Shown here: positions 63,924 through 64,000 of the stretch, in pieces | Layout: every line of letters starts with the position of its first letter | How positions within the stretch are numbered: position 1 is the first letter of the stretch | Source of the DNA: Candidatus Limnocylindria bacterium | GTDB lineage: Bacteria; Chloroflexota; Limnocylindria; P2-11E | Length of the DNA: 64,000 nucleotides | Reading direction: 5' to 3' | Assembly: GCA_035708565.1 (NCBI GenBank) | Contig: DASSSF010000058.1 | Coordinates: forward strand, 2,704 to 66,703 | Made by a program: the position numbers and the translations under genes | The notes under the pieces: model-generated | Database searches by the model: none | Told to the model about the DNA's origin: nothing | What the model saw: the letters and a program-made list of their open reading frames with translations, nothing else

Positions 63924-64000
63924 ATGAGCACCGTGATCGACCGGCCCGCTACGGCGTCGTCCACGCGGGCGAAGATGCTGATCGGCGGCGAGTGGGTCGA
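63924..64000 (+). CDS. Probable aldehyde dehydrogenase family protein, N-terminal fragment (continues beyond the window)
   Basis: 'gggaggtaccgcg' SD then ATG. 'KMLIGGEWV' is the typical ALDH N-terminal motif. Confidence 0.5.
   Translation, partial: MSTVIDRPATASSTRAKMLIGGEWV

Noticed and set aside
1-64000. Search for tRNA, rRNA, CRISPR arrays, integrases/transposases and prophage hallmarks
   Set aside because: I could not find any by eye. There were no cloverleaf-like conserved tRNA stretches in the few intergenic regions over 100 nt, no regularly spaced short repeats and no recombinase motifs. tRNAscan or Infernal would be needed to exclude small ncRNAs definitively.

Overview
This 64 kb window is about 72% GC, with a strong GC3 bias in the real coding frames. 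It looks like a chromosomal core/accessory mix from a high-GC Actinomycetota-like genome (the taxonomy is inference only). I call about 60 protein-coding genes. They are tightly packed, and many adjacent genes overlap by 4 nt at start/stop. I saw no rRNA, tRNA, CRISPR array, transposase or integrase. The long R/A/G-rich ORFs on the opposite strand of clear genes are spurious antisense ORFs, which is typical of high-GC DNA.

Four themes recur:
- Proteolysis and peptide uptake: M24, two S41, S9, MA-like HEXXH, M20 and M50 peptidases, plus two family-5 peptide ABC importers.
- Unusually dense cyclic-nucleotide signalling: three class III cyclase-domain proteins (two cyclase-AAA-TPR giants and a receiver-cyclase), an 8-GAF histidine kinase with a CheY, and four cNMP-binding proteins (Crp, a cNMP-permease fusion, and an M50 protease with two cNMP domains).
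- F420-type redox enzymes: three LLM oxidoreductases and a DDN-like nitroreductase.
- A pntAA-pntAB-pntB transhydrogenase operon.

The most interesting candidate is a + strand cassette at 55986-60249:
- a PqqD/RRE-like domain fused to an S2P/M50 membrane metalloprotease and two cNMP-binding domains;
- a translationally coupled DUF2180 Cys-rich zinc ribbon;
- two acidic repeat proteins sharing an 'A[YF][LVI]TADEAGRD' motif, one of them 401 aa with an NHLP/Nif11-type leader-like N-terminus and a near-perfect 135-bp tandem repeat.

The cassette is flanked by a convergent Crp/Fnr regulator and a divergent 1969-aa multi-GAF kinase. It looks like a cyclic-nucleotide-gated, leader-recognising intramembrane protease with its putative substrates, an arrangement I do not recognise as described.

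Several genes have homology-supported N-termini but no ATG/GTG/TTG at the expected start. In two cases an ATA codon sits exactly at the expected position, once as an ATAG start/stop overlap.
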